NCBI GenBank assembly: GCA_016935435.1
Contig: JAFGQZ010000014.1
Span: forward strand, 41,532 to 105,531
From: Bacteroidales bacterium
GTDB taxonomy: Bacteria > Bacteroidota > Bacteroidia > Bacteroidales > UBA10428
Direction: 5' to 3'
DNA length: 64,000 nt
Shown here: positions 29,128-38,143 of the stretch, one piece after another
How positions within the stretch are numbered: the first letter of the stretch is position 1
How the letters are laid out: each line of letters begins with the position of its first letter
Program-made: the position numbers and the translations under genes
The notes under the pieces: generated by a model
What the model saw: the letters and a program-made list of their open reading frames with translations, nothing else
What the model was told of the DNA's origin: nothing
Databases searched by the model: none

Positions 29128-30597
29128 GTGCTAAAACCAAAAGAAAACAGGCAGAATATTGGAGTAATAGCAATAGTATTGCTTTACATTGCTGTTAATA
29201 TGCTATTAACCTTCAGGGGGGTATATTTTTTCAACCTTTTTCCTGTGGTTGTATTGCTTGTTTTTTTGGCATTTACAAGGCTCGATATTATTTATTTTAT
29301 TATTATTGCCTGCACCCCTCTTTCGATACCCCTTTTAGAGTTTACTAAAAACTCACCTGTCGATTTTTATATTCCCACAGAACCAATGCTTTTCGGGCTT
29401 ATGCTCATAGTTGTTTTCAAACTCTCGCGCGAAAATTTTATCGACCGGCGCATCATCAGCCACCCGGTAAGCCTGGCAATATTGTTTAACCTTTTTTGGA
29501 TAGTGGTAACCTCTGTTACAAGCTCAATGCCTTTGGTGTCGTTTAAGTTTTTGCTCGCCCGTATATGGTTTCTTACCACATTTTACCTGTTGGCAATATA
29601 TATTTTTAAACGGCCACGCAATATTCCCAACATGGTTTGGGCCTATACCCTGCCACTTTTAATTGTAATAGGGTATGCAGTTAACCGGCACCTGGCTGTT
29701 GGCCTGTTCGACAAACAGGCAGCACACCAGGTTATGAACCCTTTTTATCGCGATCATACATCCTATGGGGCTATTTTGGCCATGATAATTTTCGCCTATG
29801 CTGGTATAAATACCAGGCCTGGCATGAGTTTTTTGCGCAAAATGGCGATATGGGCAGTTTTTGGCGTTTTACTGTTCGCACTGGTTTTTTCTTACACCAG
29901 GGCAGCCTGGATAAGCGTTTTTTTCGGATTAGGGGTTTTGCTCACAACATATTTGCGCATAAAGTTTAAATACCTTGCTATTATTGGAGTGGTTATAGTG
30001 GCTTTTTTTGTCAGCAACCGATACTCAATATTGCATAAGCTGGAAAAAAACAAACAGGATTCTTCCTCAAACATTACCGAACATTTTCAGTCGGTAACCA
30101 ATATAGCCACCGACGAGTCGAACCTCGAAAGGCTTAACCGGTGGGCAGCTGCCTTCAGGATGTTCGAAGAGAGGCCTTTCTTTGGATGGGGGCCGGGAAC
30201 CTACATGTTCCAATATGCCCCATATCAGATCTCGTACCAGAAAACAGGCATTAGTACAAACTTCGGTGATTTAGGAAATGCCCACAGTGAGTATATCGGG
30301 CCATTGGCCGAATCGGGTGTGCTTGGTATGCTTTCGTTTGTGCTTATTGTTGTAATATCAATTATTACGGGTTATAAAGTATATCACAGGGTTGTTGAGC
30401 GTCAACTGAAAATTGTTGTGCTTACTTCAATGATTGCACTGATTACTTATATGATACATGGTTTCCTCAATAATTTCCTCGATACCGACAAGGCGTCTTC
30501 TTTGTTCTGGGGCTTTATTGCCGCAATTGTATCGCTTGATATTTATTATAAGGAAGGCAGAAAGCGGAACATATTGCACAAAAGCGAGGTTAAGTAA
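29128..30597 (+). CDS. O-antigen ligase / Wzy_C-domain family membrane protein
   Basis: More than 10 TM segments, SYTRAAWISVFFG motif, and a large loop with a WGPGTY..NAHSEY region typical of O-antigen ligase-like proteins. Confidence 0.65.
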   Translation: MLKPKENRQNIGVIAIVLLYIAVNMLLTFRGVYFFNLFPVVVLLVFLAFTRLDIIYFIIIACTPLSIPLLEFTKNSPVDFYIPTEPMLFGLMLIVVFKLSRENFIDRRIISHPVSLAILFNLFWIVVTSVTSSMPLVSFKFLLARIWFLTTFYLLAIYIFKRPRNIPNMVWAYTLPLLIVIGYAVNRHLAVGLFDKQAAHQVMNPFYRDHTSYGAILAMIIFAYAGINTRPGMSFLRKMAIWAVFGVLLFALVFSYTRAAWISVFFGLGVLLTTYLRIKFKYLAIIGVVIVAFFVSNRYSILHKLEKNKQDSSSNITEHFQSVTNIATDESNLERLNRWAAAFRMFEERPFFGWGPGTYMFQYAPYQISYQKTGISTNFGDLGNAHSEYIGPLAESGVLGMLSFVLIVVISIITGYKVYHRVVERQLKIVVLTSMIALITYMIHGFLNNFLDTDKASSLFWGFIAAIVSLDIYYKEGRKRNILHKSEVK

Positions 30598-30646
30598 AAA
30601 GACTGGCGTTTAAAGACTGACAAAAAAAAAGCAATCAGGGCAGGGG

Positions 30647-31879
30647 TTAATAGAGTTCCAGTCCGAGAATGCTTATGTCGTCAAAAATTTTCGCACTTCC
30701 CTCAATAATGCCCTGGAGCGAAATAATCCGGTCGATATTTTCCTGAATAGGGTAAGCATTCATGAGGCATTCTTCAATTTCACCGGTACCAAACGAAACA
30801 CCTTTGCCATCCATTAGTTCAACAAGGCCATCGGTATAACACAACAATTTTGCCGGGCCTTCTATGGTTATCGAACCTTTTCTAATTACCGGAATTTCAT
30901 CGAGCATACCAATGCCAACACAACCTTTATCAAGATAAACCAGTTCATTAAGGTCTTTTCGGAACAAAAAGGGATGGTTGTGCCCGGCGTTAATATATTC
31001 CAGTTCGCGGGTCTTAAAATTGTATTTAGCAATAAACAGGGTAATAAACTTTTCTCCATTGGCGGCGTTAATAACCCTTTCGTTTAGTTTTTCTATGAGT
31101 GCCGGCAGGGAAATTTCGTGAGAAAACAAAGCCCTGAGGTTAGCCTGAAAGTTCGACATCAGAAGGGCGGCAGAGATACCTTTACCTGATACATCAGAGA
31201 TGCAAAAACCTATTTCGTCTTTACTAAGTTCGATATAGTCGTAATAATCGCCACCAACTTCCAAATGGGGTTGATAAAAGGCTGTCATGTAAACACGCTT
31301 ATTTTTGGGCAAGGAATTCTGGTGTGGAATAAGCATGCTTTGCATTTTAGAGGCCAGCTCCAATTCTTTGCGCATAGCTTCCTGGCGAAGGCTTTCGTTA
31401 AAGAGCCTGATGTTTTCAATTGCAACAATAATAATGTTCGAAAGGGTTTGGATAAAATTAAGGTGTTTTATTATTGGGCTTACCCCTTCGCTGTCTTCGT
31501 CCACATCTCCAATAATAATAAAGGCAATAGGTATGCCTTTATGCTGAATGGGCACAACAATATCATAGGTACCCAGGTTCGATTCGGTATTGCTTTTCCA
31601 GTCGAACGATATTTCATCGTACTTCAGTAAGTCTTTTTCTACATCTATATTATCAATAAATTCATTGCTATAGCCCATGTTTATGATACATTTCCAGCTT
31701 TCGTCGCGTTTGAAAAGTATGAGCTTGCCTATATTTAAATCGCTATGAAGGAGATCAATATAGTGTTGCAGAAGTTCTTCCTGGGTATGGTTTTCATTAA
31801 TGGCCAGGGTAATATTCAGCAGGGCACGCAACTTAAAAGTTGTTTGTTCCAGCCTTTTTATTGCAGTGTTCGATGCCAT
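30647..31879 (-). CDS. GAF-domain-containing PP2C/SpoIIE-family serine phosphatase
   Basis: C-terminal half has EVGGDYYDY, DVSGKGISAALLMS and YTDGLVE motifs. The N-terminal ~170 aa are GAF-like. Confidence 0.75.
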   Translation of the reverse strand: MASNTAIKRLEQTTFKLRALLNITLAINENHTQEELLQHYIDLLHSDLNIGKLILFKRDESWKCIINMGYSNEFIDNIDVEKDLLKYDEISFDWKSNTESNLGTYDIVVPIQHKGIPIAFIIIGDVDEDSEGVSPIIKHLNFIQTLSNIIIVAIENIRLFNESLRQEAMRKELELASKMQSMLIPHQNSLPKNKRVYMTAFYQPHLEVGGDYYDYIELSKDEIGFCISDVSGKGISAALLMSNFQANLRALFSHEISLPALIEKLNERVINAANGEKFITLFIAKYNFKTRELEYINAGHNHPFLFRKDLNELVYLDKGCVGIGMLDEIPVIRKGSITIEGPAKLLCYTDGLVELMDGKGVSFGTGEIEECLMNAYPIQENIDRIISLQGIIEGSAKIFDDISILGLELY

Positions 31880-31953
31880 AAATTGCCCTTTTTTATTTTA
31901 TCAGCCAGTTTGTCAGTTTTATGTTCCGGAATATACCAAAAACATTTAAAGTA

Positions 31954-31978
31954 TTGCAGGCATTTTGGGTGCCTGCAA
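31954..31978 (-). terminator. hairpin downstream of efp
   Basis: Perfect 9-bp stem ttgcaggca / tgcctgcaa with a 7-nt loop, 10 nt after the efp stop. The T-tract on the minus strand is weak. Confidence 0.45.
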
Positions 31979-31987
31979 CCTTTTAAC

Positions 31988-32554
31988 TTATTTTACCCTT
32001 TCAACGTATGAACTGTCGCGGGTATCGATACGTATTTTTTCTCCCATTTCAACAAACAGGGGAACCATTACAGTTGCGCCGGTTTCAACAGTTGCTTGTT
32101 TCAAGGCTGTTGATGATGCTGTATCGCCTTTCAAACCCGGTTCGGTATAAGTAATTTCCAGCACAACATGTGTATTCAGCTCGCAGTATAACGGCGATTC
32201 TGTGTCGGCATGGTAAACAATTTCTACATTATCGCCCTCTTTCAGAAATTGGGGGGCATTAATCATTTCTTCAGAAATAGTTATTTGTTCGAAAGATTCG
32301 CTGTGCATAAAGTTGTACCCCATGTCGTCTTTATATAAAAACTGATGGGGGCGCCGTTCAACCCTCTGTATTTCAATCTTCACCCCGGAACTAAAGGTAT
32401 TGTCGATTACTCTGCCTGTTTTCACGTTTTTTAATTTGGTTCGCACAAACGCCGGCCCTTTTCCAGGTTTAACATGCTGAAATTCAACTATTGTGTACAA
32501 ATCGTTGTTGTACAATATACATAATCCGTTTCTAAAATCTGCAGTAGTTGCCAT
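31988..32554 (-). CDS. efp: elongation factor P
   Basis: [44 protein letters not shown]. 188 aa. Confidence 0.95.
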   Translation of the reverse strand: MATTADFRNGLCILYNNDLYTIVEFQHVKPGKGPAFVRTKLKNVKTGRVIDNTFSSGVKIEIQRVERRPHQFLYKDDMGYNFMHSESFEQITISEEMINAPQFLKEGDNVEIVYHADTESPLYCELNTHVVLEITYTEPGLKGDTASSTALKQATVETGATVMVPLFVEMGEKIRIDTRDSSYVERVK

Positions 32555-32577
32555 TATTAAAATATTTGTTCAGGCTA

Positions 32578-32585
32578 CAAAAATA
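32578..32585 (-). promoter_or_regulatory. candidate -7 box TATTTTTG for efp
   Basis: Plus strand caaaaata, 24 nt upstream of the efp ATG. Confidence 0.45.
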
Positions 32586-32829
32586 CAAGTTAATTCGTAA
32601 AAAACTTAATTGCTTGGTTTTTTAGGGGCATTTATTGTTCTTTTGCCATTTCAAATTCGCTCTCCATAGGGAAGTGTTTTAGTTTGTTAATCTATTCTTG
32701 TTTCTGAATAGGAACCATTTACAGTCTTTTGATATATCTTGTTAAAAAGAAACAGCCACAAACTTGATTGCATCAACAATTTTTAGTAATTTTTAGTTGC
32801 TAAACACATTTACTAAAACTTTAAAAGGT

Positions 32830-33831
32830 ATGAAATATTTTAATTTCAGAACAATTGTTCTTGTAGCCCTCGTTTTTTGTGGCACATTGCTAAAAGCCCA
32901 GGAAACAAAGCCAAAAATTGGTTTTATTCTTGCAAACCTATATGTCGATAGGTGGCATAGCGATAAAAACATGTTCCAGGATGAAATAAACCGGTTGGGA
33001 GGCGAGGTTATTTTTATTGATGCATACGATAATGCCGACAATCAGGTAAAAGCTGCTTCAAAACTGGTGTCAGACGGTGTCGATTTGTTGGTTGTTGTGC
33101 CTGTTGACGGGCTATCGGCAAGCAAAATTGTTGATATTGGGCACAAAGCCGGAATAAAGGTTATAGCTTACGACAGGTTAATAATGAATTCGAACCTCGA
33201 CTACTATATTAGTTTTAACAGCATAAAAGTAGGGGAGCTAATGGCCGGATTTGTTGTCGAAAAAATACCGGCCGGTACAATATTAAATGTTTGTGGCCCT
33301 TTGGAAGACAACAATTCTTTCCTGATAAAAGATGGCGTGAAAAATGTACTTGACCCCCTTGTTGCTGAAAACAAATATAAGGTTTCGCATGTGCATGTAA
33401 GTACCTGGAACCCTCTGGATGCCTATTTGCTGGTTGAACAATATTTAACCCGTAACCCCATGCCGGGTGCCATAATTTGTGCTGCCGATGTTTTGGCGCG
33501 CGGGGTTGCTGAGTTGCTCCAGCTCAGCGGCGATATTGGAAATGTAATTATTACCGGGCAGGATGCTGAGCTTGAAATTTGTAAAATGATTGTGAACGGT
33601 GATATCGGGATTTCGGTATATAAGCCTATACCCCTGTTGGCCGAAACTGCTGCCCGTATAGCTATGGATATTGTTAAAGGTAAAGAAATAAACAGCACAG
33701 AATCAGTTAACAATGGTTTTATCGATGTGCCGGCAATATTTCTTGAACCTATACCTGTTACAAAGGAAACTATTGACGAAAATATTATAGAAAGTGGATA
33801 TTATACAAGGGAACAGGTATATGGAAAATAG
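32830..33831 (+). CDS. periplasmic sugar-binding protein (XylF-like, type I periplasmic binding fold), stand-alone
   Basis: ATG at 32830 with signal peptide. KIGFILANLYVDRWHSDKNMFQDE..GVDLLVVVPVDG..GIKVIAYDRLI aligns by eye with E. coli XylF. No permease or ATPase gene is adjacent. Confidence 0.7.
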   Translation: MKYFNFRTIVLVALVFCGTLLKAQETKPKIGFILANLYVDRWHSDKNMFQDEINRLGGEVIFIDAYDNADNQVKAASKLVSDGVDLLVVVPVDGLSASKIVDIGHKAGIKVIAYDRLIMNSNLDYYISFNSIKVGELMAGFVVEKIPAGTILNVCGPLEDNNSFLIKDGVKNVLDPLVAENKYKVSHVHVSTWNPLDAYLLVEQYLTRNPMPGAIICAADVLARGVAELLQLSGDIGNVIITGQDAELEICKMIVNGDIGISVYKPIPLLAETAARIAMDIVKGKEINSTESVNNGFIDVPAIFLEPIPVTKETIDENIIESGYYTREQVYGK

Positions 33832-33909
33832 TTTTTAATACCATACCATCGGAATAACACCAAACCGTAAAGTGATATCTGAAGATTGGGATAATGAGAC
33901 AAAAAGGTT

Positions 33910-35442
33910 TCATTGTTCCAATCGTTCGAAGAAATTGTCGAGTACAGCTATTCTTTTTTTTGTCCATTCGTTAATGTAAGCCTGTTCATCTTCCGGTTTA
34001 TTTATCGATTCGGGCCATTTTTCAGCTTCCCTCGCAAGGGCACCCGATATTTTAAACATATTGGCATAATATGCGAATTGATCTTGAACAGCTTCATAGG
34101 TTATTACTTCTTGCCTTAATATATGCCAGCGTTCTTTCATTCTTTTTTTGAATCCCTCGGGGTTGCAATAAAACAGCCTTTCGTAAAGATTGTTTGTAAG
34201 AATAGTTTCGGCATCGGCCGGATTGCTGTCCCACCACCTTCCCCAGGTTGCATCCAGGTCCCAGGGGCAGATATAAAACAAGCCGCCTGCATGGTTTTTT
34301 ACAAGAAAGATATTTTTACCGGTGTTGTCGGTTGCTTTTGTAATGTTCATCAGAATGAAATAGTCAATTAAATTGTCTATGTCCATTCTTTTGAAAATGC
34401 CTTCACGGAAATCTTCATCATCCGAATTTGCAATATAATCGATCAACTCAAACAATGGATGCCAGCATGAAACCTTTCCTGGAGCAGGGTATTTTTGTTC
34501 CCAACCACACCAAAAACGGTATTTCCCTAATGTATCGGCAGTTGCTAAAAACTTTGTTGCATTGCTCCATTCTTCCGATTTATAGAGCAGGAAGCCATTG
34601 ATTAATTTGTCTGTTTTCAGATACAATAGTTCTTCATCAAACTTTTCGCTCAGGAAAAACAAACCAAGGTATTTATAATTTGCAAAAACTTCAACAGCCT
34701 GCCCGTTAATATAAAAACCATCATGCACTGCCGGTGGCTTATGGGTCTCTAATATTTTTTGCCATAAATCAAACGAAACACGGTTGCGCATTTTTGATAA
34801 ATCGGCATACATGGCATCGAGTATCCAACTGTTGTTTAAGCGCATGCCAAGAATTGCACTGCTGGCATAAGTATTCGCCTGGTTGTCGTTACTTAAGCTT
34901 ATACTAAACGATTTCTTCGGTCGGCGTATGGCTTGTCCCCCACGTATTTCAATACCGCAATAACCAATATAGGGTTGGGCAGCCCTATTGCCTGTTATCT
35001 TTATTAACGCCGGCACTTTAAATTCATCGGGTATTACAGTGCTGTGAAACAATTGAACAACAGGCAACAATGTAAACTTTAAATGCGAGCGAATAGTTTT
35101 TCCATCTTTGGTTATCATTGATATTTGCCAGCTGTCGGCAGCATTAATGTCAGAGAAAATATAGGTGTTTTGGTCAACAATATTATTGTCGTTAATCTCA
35201 AGCTTTTTAATATTTCCAAATGTAATGTTTGCAGGGTAATTTGTGCCAAATTGTTCAATATAAACAAGACATAAACCAGTATGCAAATCAATTGCAACCT
35301 CGTTATTGTTTATTTTGAAATATAAACCAGCATCGCCAATACTTTCTGGAATAATTACTGCTTCTTTATAACACGAAACCAGTAACATCAGCATTAGCAA
35401 TGCAGTAACTTTTATGGCTGTTGTTCTAAAGTTATCAGACAT
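33910..35442 (-). CDS. CotH kinase family lipoprotein
   Basis: Lipobox LLVSC. CotH-like motifs RRPKKSFSISL, DLSKMRNRVSFDLW, INGQAVEVFANYKYLGLFFLSE and ICPWDLDATWG. Confidence 0.7.
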   Translation of the reverse strand: MSDNFRTTAIKVTALLMLMLLVSCYKEAVIIPESIGDAGLYFKINNNEVAIDLHTGLCLVYIEQFGTNYPANITFGNIKKLEINDNNIVDQNTYIFSDINAADSWQISMITKDGKTIRSHLKFTLLPVVQLFHSTVIPDEFKVPALIKITGNRAAQPYIGYCGIEIRGGQAIRRPKKSFSISLSNDNQANTYASSAILGMRLNNSWILDAMYADLSKMRNRVSFDLWQKILETHKPPAVHDGFYINGQAVEVFANYKYLGLFFLSEKFDEELLYLKTDKLINGFLLYKSEEWSNATKFLATADTLGKYRFWCGWEQKYPAPGKVSCWHPLFELIDYIANSDDEDFREGIFKRMDIDNLIDYFILMNITKATDNTGKNIFLVKNHAGGLFYICPWDLDATWGRWWDSNPADAETILTNNLYERLFYCNPEGFKKRMKERWHILRQEVITYEAVQDQFAYYANMFKISGALAREAEKWPESINKPEDEQAYINEWTKKRIAVLDNFFERLEQ

Positions 35443-35452
35443 TTATTTAAGT

Positions 35453-35800
35453 TTAAAGCCCATAAAGCCAACTTATTCCAATGGTACTAATAATACAGGG
35501 CAAAGTGCTGCCAAGTTCCCTTTCGATTTTATAGTACATGCTAAAGGTACCCGCTTTTGAAAAATTGTAATCGGCGCCAATAATTGTTTTTATTAGAGAG
35601 GGATTGAAACTATTTTCAACTTGAAGGTTTATTTCAGTCGATAGCAAAGGGTTTAGCTTTGTACCAGGAAGGTTGTATTTAATTTTTATCCTGTTTTTGA
35701 TGATATCGAAACCTAAAATCGCGTATAACCCTTACCTCTTGCGAATAATTTAATTCGCATAATAAAAGAAGTACAATGCCTGTTATTGTTTTTTTCAACA
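35453..35800 (-). pseudogene. possible decayed gene (ATG plus signal-like start, two in-frame TAA stops, then a 93-codon open frame)
   Basis: The ATG at 35800 (MLKKTITGIVLLLYAN) is in frame with the 35453-35647 ORF. In-frame TAA stops lie at 35750-35752 and 35732-35734. The frame is then open from 35731 to 35453 and encodes beta-strand-like sequence ending ...GISWLYGL. It ends 10 nt before the CotH start. Confidence 0.25.
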
Positions 35801-36035
35801 TTTAAAAAAGTGTATTCTTTACTAATTGCTTATTATTGGCAATATTGCAGCAAACCATATTGTCCGATAGTATAAGCGTACATTTAATAACCGCCAATAT
35901 AATTGTTTTAGTGGTTCTGCCAAATATTAATCTGCGCTTTATTGGTTTTATAACACGAGTTTGTATGCGTAAAAATATATTGCTGAAAATCTTTACGTTC
36001 AGTTAAACAGGAGTACGTTTACAGTAGTCAAACAG

Positions 36036-36043
36036 TAGTTTTG
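36036..36043 (+). promoter_or_regulatory. candidate -7 box TAGTTTTG
   Basis: Exact TAnnTTTG match, 74 nt upstream of the ATG at 36117. Confidence 0.35.
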
Positions 36044-36116
36044 CGGGATTAAAAAAAGCACAGTTAACCATTAATTTCGATAGAATTGCCGGTGTATAAA
36101 CCAAATGTAATTTTTT

Positions 36117-37064
36117 ATGAAAAAATTAGTACTTTCTGCATTAACATTGATGTCGGTTGCAGCCATATCTTACGGGCAACTTACTGCCGACGATGTGAAC
36201 ATTTTATTCGATGGTTCAACTGTTGGGGCTTCTGCCGAAGACTGGACAGTTGACAACGATGGCACAAACCACATGTGTTCTTTGGAAATTAACGATGGCA
36301 TTGTAGAGTTCAACCTTAACACAAACCATGCCGGGTGGTATGCTAACATGGGAGAATTTTATCCTGGAGGAAACCTCGATTGCTCAACAAAATCGAAACT
36401 CATGATTCGCGTACAATTGCCAGAAAACCCAAAGAATTTTAAAATTGAGCCGCTAGGTATTGTAGCCGAGGTTATCGATGGCGAACCGGCATCTTATGGC
36501 TGGGCACTTGAAGTAGGGGATACAGCCCGCCTTAATTCGGGCGATGCTACCAGCAGTAACCCCGAATTTGCAGCTGCAAGCCTTGCTGCCAATGGTGAAT
36601 GGCAGATAATTGAATACGAAGTTGGCGAATGGTTCTCAACCTTCCCTGCAAAAAACACACGTATGGATCCGGCAAAGATTATTGGCGTAAGGGTTTATTA
36701 TGGTTGGGATGCAGGCGATGTAGCTTTACAGGCAGATATAAATGTCGATTGGGCTGTGTTTGTTGCCCCAGCCACACTGGCTGCCGATGTTACTGCTTTT
36801 ATGTCGGGCGGAAACTCATCGGTAAACGATGCTTCCCTGTCTGGCTTTTCGGTTTATCCGAACCCGGTTGCCGACGTGCTGAGGGTTGATGCTGAAAACG
36901 GCTCGGTTATTAACCTTCTTGATATGAGTGGCCGTACATTGGAAACAGCAGTTGTAAAAGGAGCCAATGTTGAGTTTGTTGTATCGAAGTATAACAAAGG
37001 AGTATATTTCGTTCAGTTTGTGAACGGAAACCAGTCGCTGGTTGAAAAAGTTGTATTTGAATAA
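36117..37064 (+). CDS. small secreted T9SS cargo protein (acidic CBM-like N-terminal domain plus type-A C-terminal sorting domain)
   Basis: Signal peptide. C-terminal FSVYPNPVADVLRV...GVYFVQFVNGNQSLVEKVVFE. The N-terminal domain is unassigned. Confidence 0.65.
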   Translation: MKKLVLSALTLMSVAAISYGQLTADDVNILFDGSTVGASAEDWTVDNDGTNHMCSLEINDGIVEFNLNTNHAGWYANMGEFYPGGNLDCSTKSKLMIRVQLPENPKNFKIEPLGIVAEVIDGEPASYGWALEVGDTARLNSGDATSSNPEFAAASLAANGEWQIIEYEVGEWFSTFPAKNTRMDPAKIIGVRVYYGWDAGDVALQADINVDWAVFVAPATLAADVTAFMSGGNSSVNDASLSGFSVYPNPVADVLRVDAENGSVINLLDMSGRTLETAVVKGANVEFVVSKYNKGVYFVQFVNGNQSLVEKVVFE

Positions 37065-37091
37065 GCGAACATAGTTTGTTGGAACCATAAG

Positions 37092-37127
37092 CAGCATTGG
37101 GCAATTACTCGCCCAATGCTGTTTTTT
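37092..37127 (+). terminator. rho-independent terminator
   Basis: Perfect 11-bp stem cagcattgggc / gcccaatgctg with an 8-nt loop, followed by tttttt. Confidence 0.8.
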
Positions 37128-37245
37128 ATGTAATTATTTATAACAAAACCCTGATTTATGGCTATGTAGTGAATGATTTAGGTTAATGTAAACCTGTTCG
37201 GCATATAAATAACCTTTCTGGCACAATAAAACAAATTCAATTGTT

Positions 37246-37253
37246 TACTTTTG
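37246..37253 (+). promoter_or_regulatory. candidate -7 box TACTTTTG for tsaB
   Basis: Exact TAnnTTTG match. It lies inside the 5' part of the track ORF, which argues for the ATG at 37280 as the start. Confidence 0.4.
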
Positions 37254-37279
37254 CGGGGTACATGAAAACAAAAAAATGC

Positions 37280-37984
37280 ATGAACCGCATATTGCTTATT
37301 GATACAGCTACAGATACATGTTCGGCAGCAATCGGCGAGGGGAATTCGATAATTGCATTGCGCGAATCGGCCGACGACCGCTCGCACGCTGTAAAATTGG
37401 CAGCCTTTATCGATGAACTTTTTAAAGAGGCCTCAATTGAGCCAGGCCAACTTTCGGCAGTGGCCATTAGCATGGGGCCCGGTTCTTACACAGGTTTACG
37501 TATAGGGGTTTCGATGGCCAAAGGGCTCTGTTACGGTGCCGGCGTGCCACTTATAGCTGTTCCTACATTGCAGGCTATGTGCTACGGAGTACCAAAGAGT
37601 TTTCTCGACGAGAACAATCTTAACGACTTTTACTACTGCCCAATGTTGGATGCCAGGCGCATGGAGGTATACACGGCTATATATAATCAATTGTTTTTTG
37701 AGTGTAAAGAAACCAGTGCTGAAATAATTGGCCTCAATTCTTTTAGCCATTTTTTGCAGGAAAAGCCTGTTATATTTTTTGGTACAGGTGCCGAAAAAAC
37801 CCAAGAGATTATTTCGGCCCCCAATGCTTATTTTTTTAACAACTTTAAGCATTCATCGAAAAATATGCTTTCTATTGCTAACCTGTTATATAGCCATTCA
37901 TCGTTCCAAAATGTTGCTTATTTCGAGCCTTTTTACCTGAAAGACTTTATTGCAACTGTGCCCAAAAACAAAATTTTAAGCTAA
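37280..37984 (+). CDS. tsaB: tRNA threonylcarbamoyladenosine biosynthesis protein TsaB
   Basis: MNRILLIDTATDTCSAAI and GPGSYTGLRIGVSMAKGL motifs. The start was chosen downstream of the -7 box; 37262 is an alternative. Confidence 0.8.
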   Translation: MNRILLIDTATDTCSAAIGEGNSIIALRESADDRSHAVKLAAFIDELFKEASIEPGQLSAVAISMGPGSYTGLRIGVSMAKGLCYGAGVPLIAVPTLQAMCYGVPKSFLDENNLNDFYYCPMLDARRMEVYTAIYNQLFFECKETSAEIIGLNSFSHFLQEKPVIFFGTGAEKTQEIISAPNAYFFNNFKHSSKNMLSIANLLYSHSSFQNVAYFEPFYLKDFIATVPKNKILS

Positions 37985-38143
37985 AGGGCAATGTTTATTT
38001 CCACCAGTGGAAAAACTATATTTAAACCGGAACCATTGCTTTTACTGCCTATCTTTAACCCGATATACTGAACTATTGTGCAATAGTACATTTAGTATTA
38101 TTTTTAGCTGCAAGTTTTTTGGACATTTTTTAAACTGCCGCAA

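Noticed and set aside
35678-35800. An initial reading of the 35453-35800 region as a simple +1 frameshift separating a signal peptide (..LLLLCELNYSQE) from the downstream ORF
   Set aside because: On re-indexing the sequence across the line break I found I had inserted an extra base. The ATG frame and the downstream ORF are actually the same frame, interrupted by two TAA codons, so the frameshift description was dropped in favour of the in-frame-stop description.
37178-37473. Minus-strand ORFs 37178-37387 and 37237-37473 upstream of and over tsaB
   Set aside because: They are antisense to the tsaB start region and promoter, and have no motifs.
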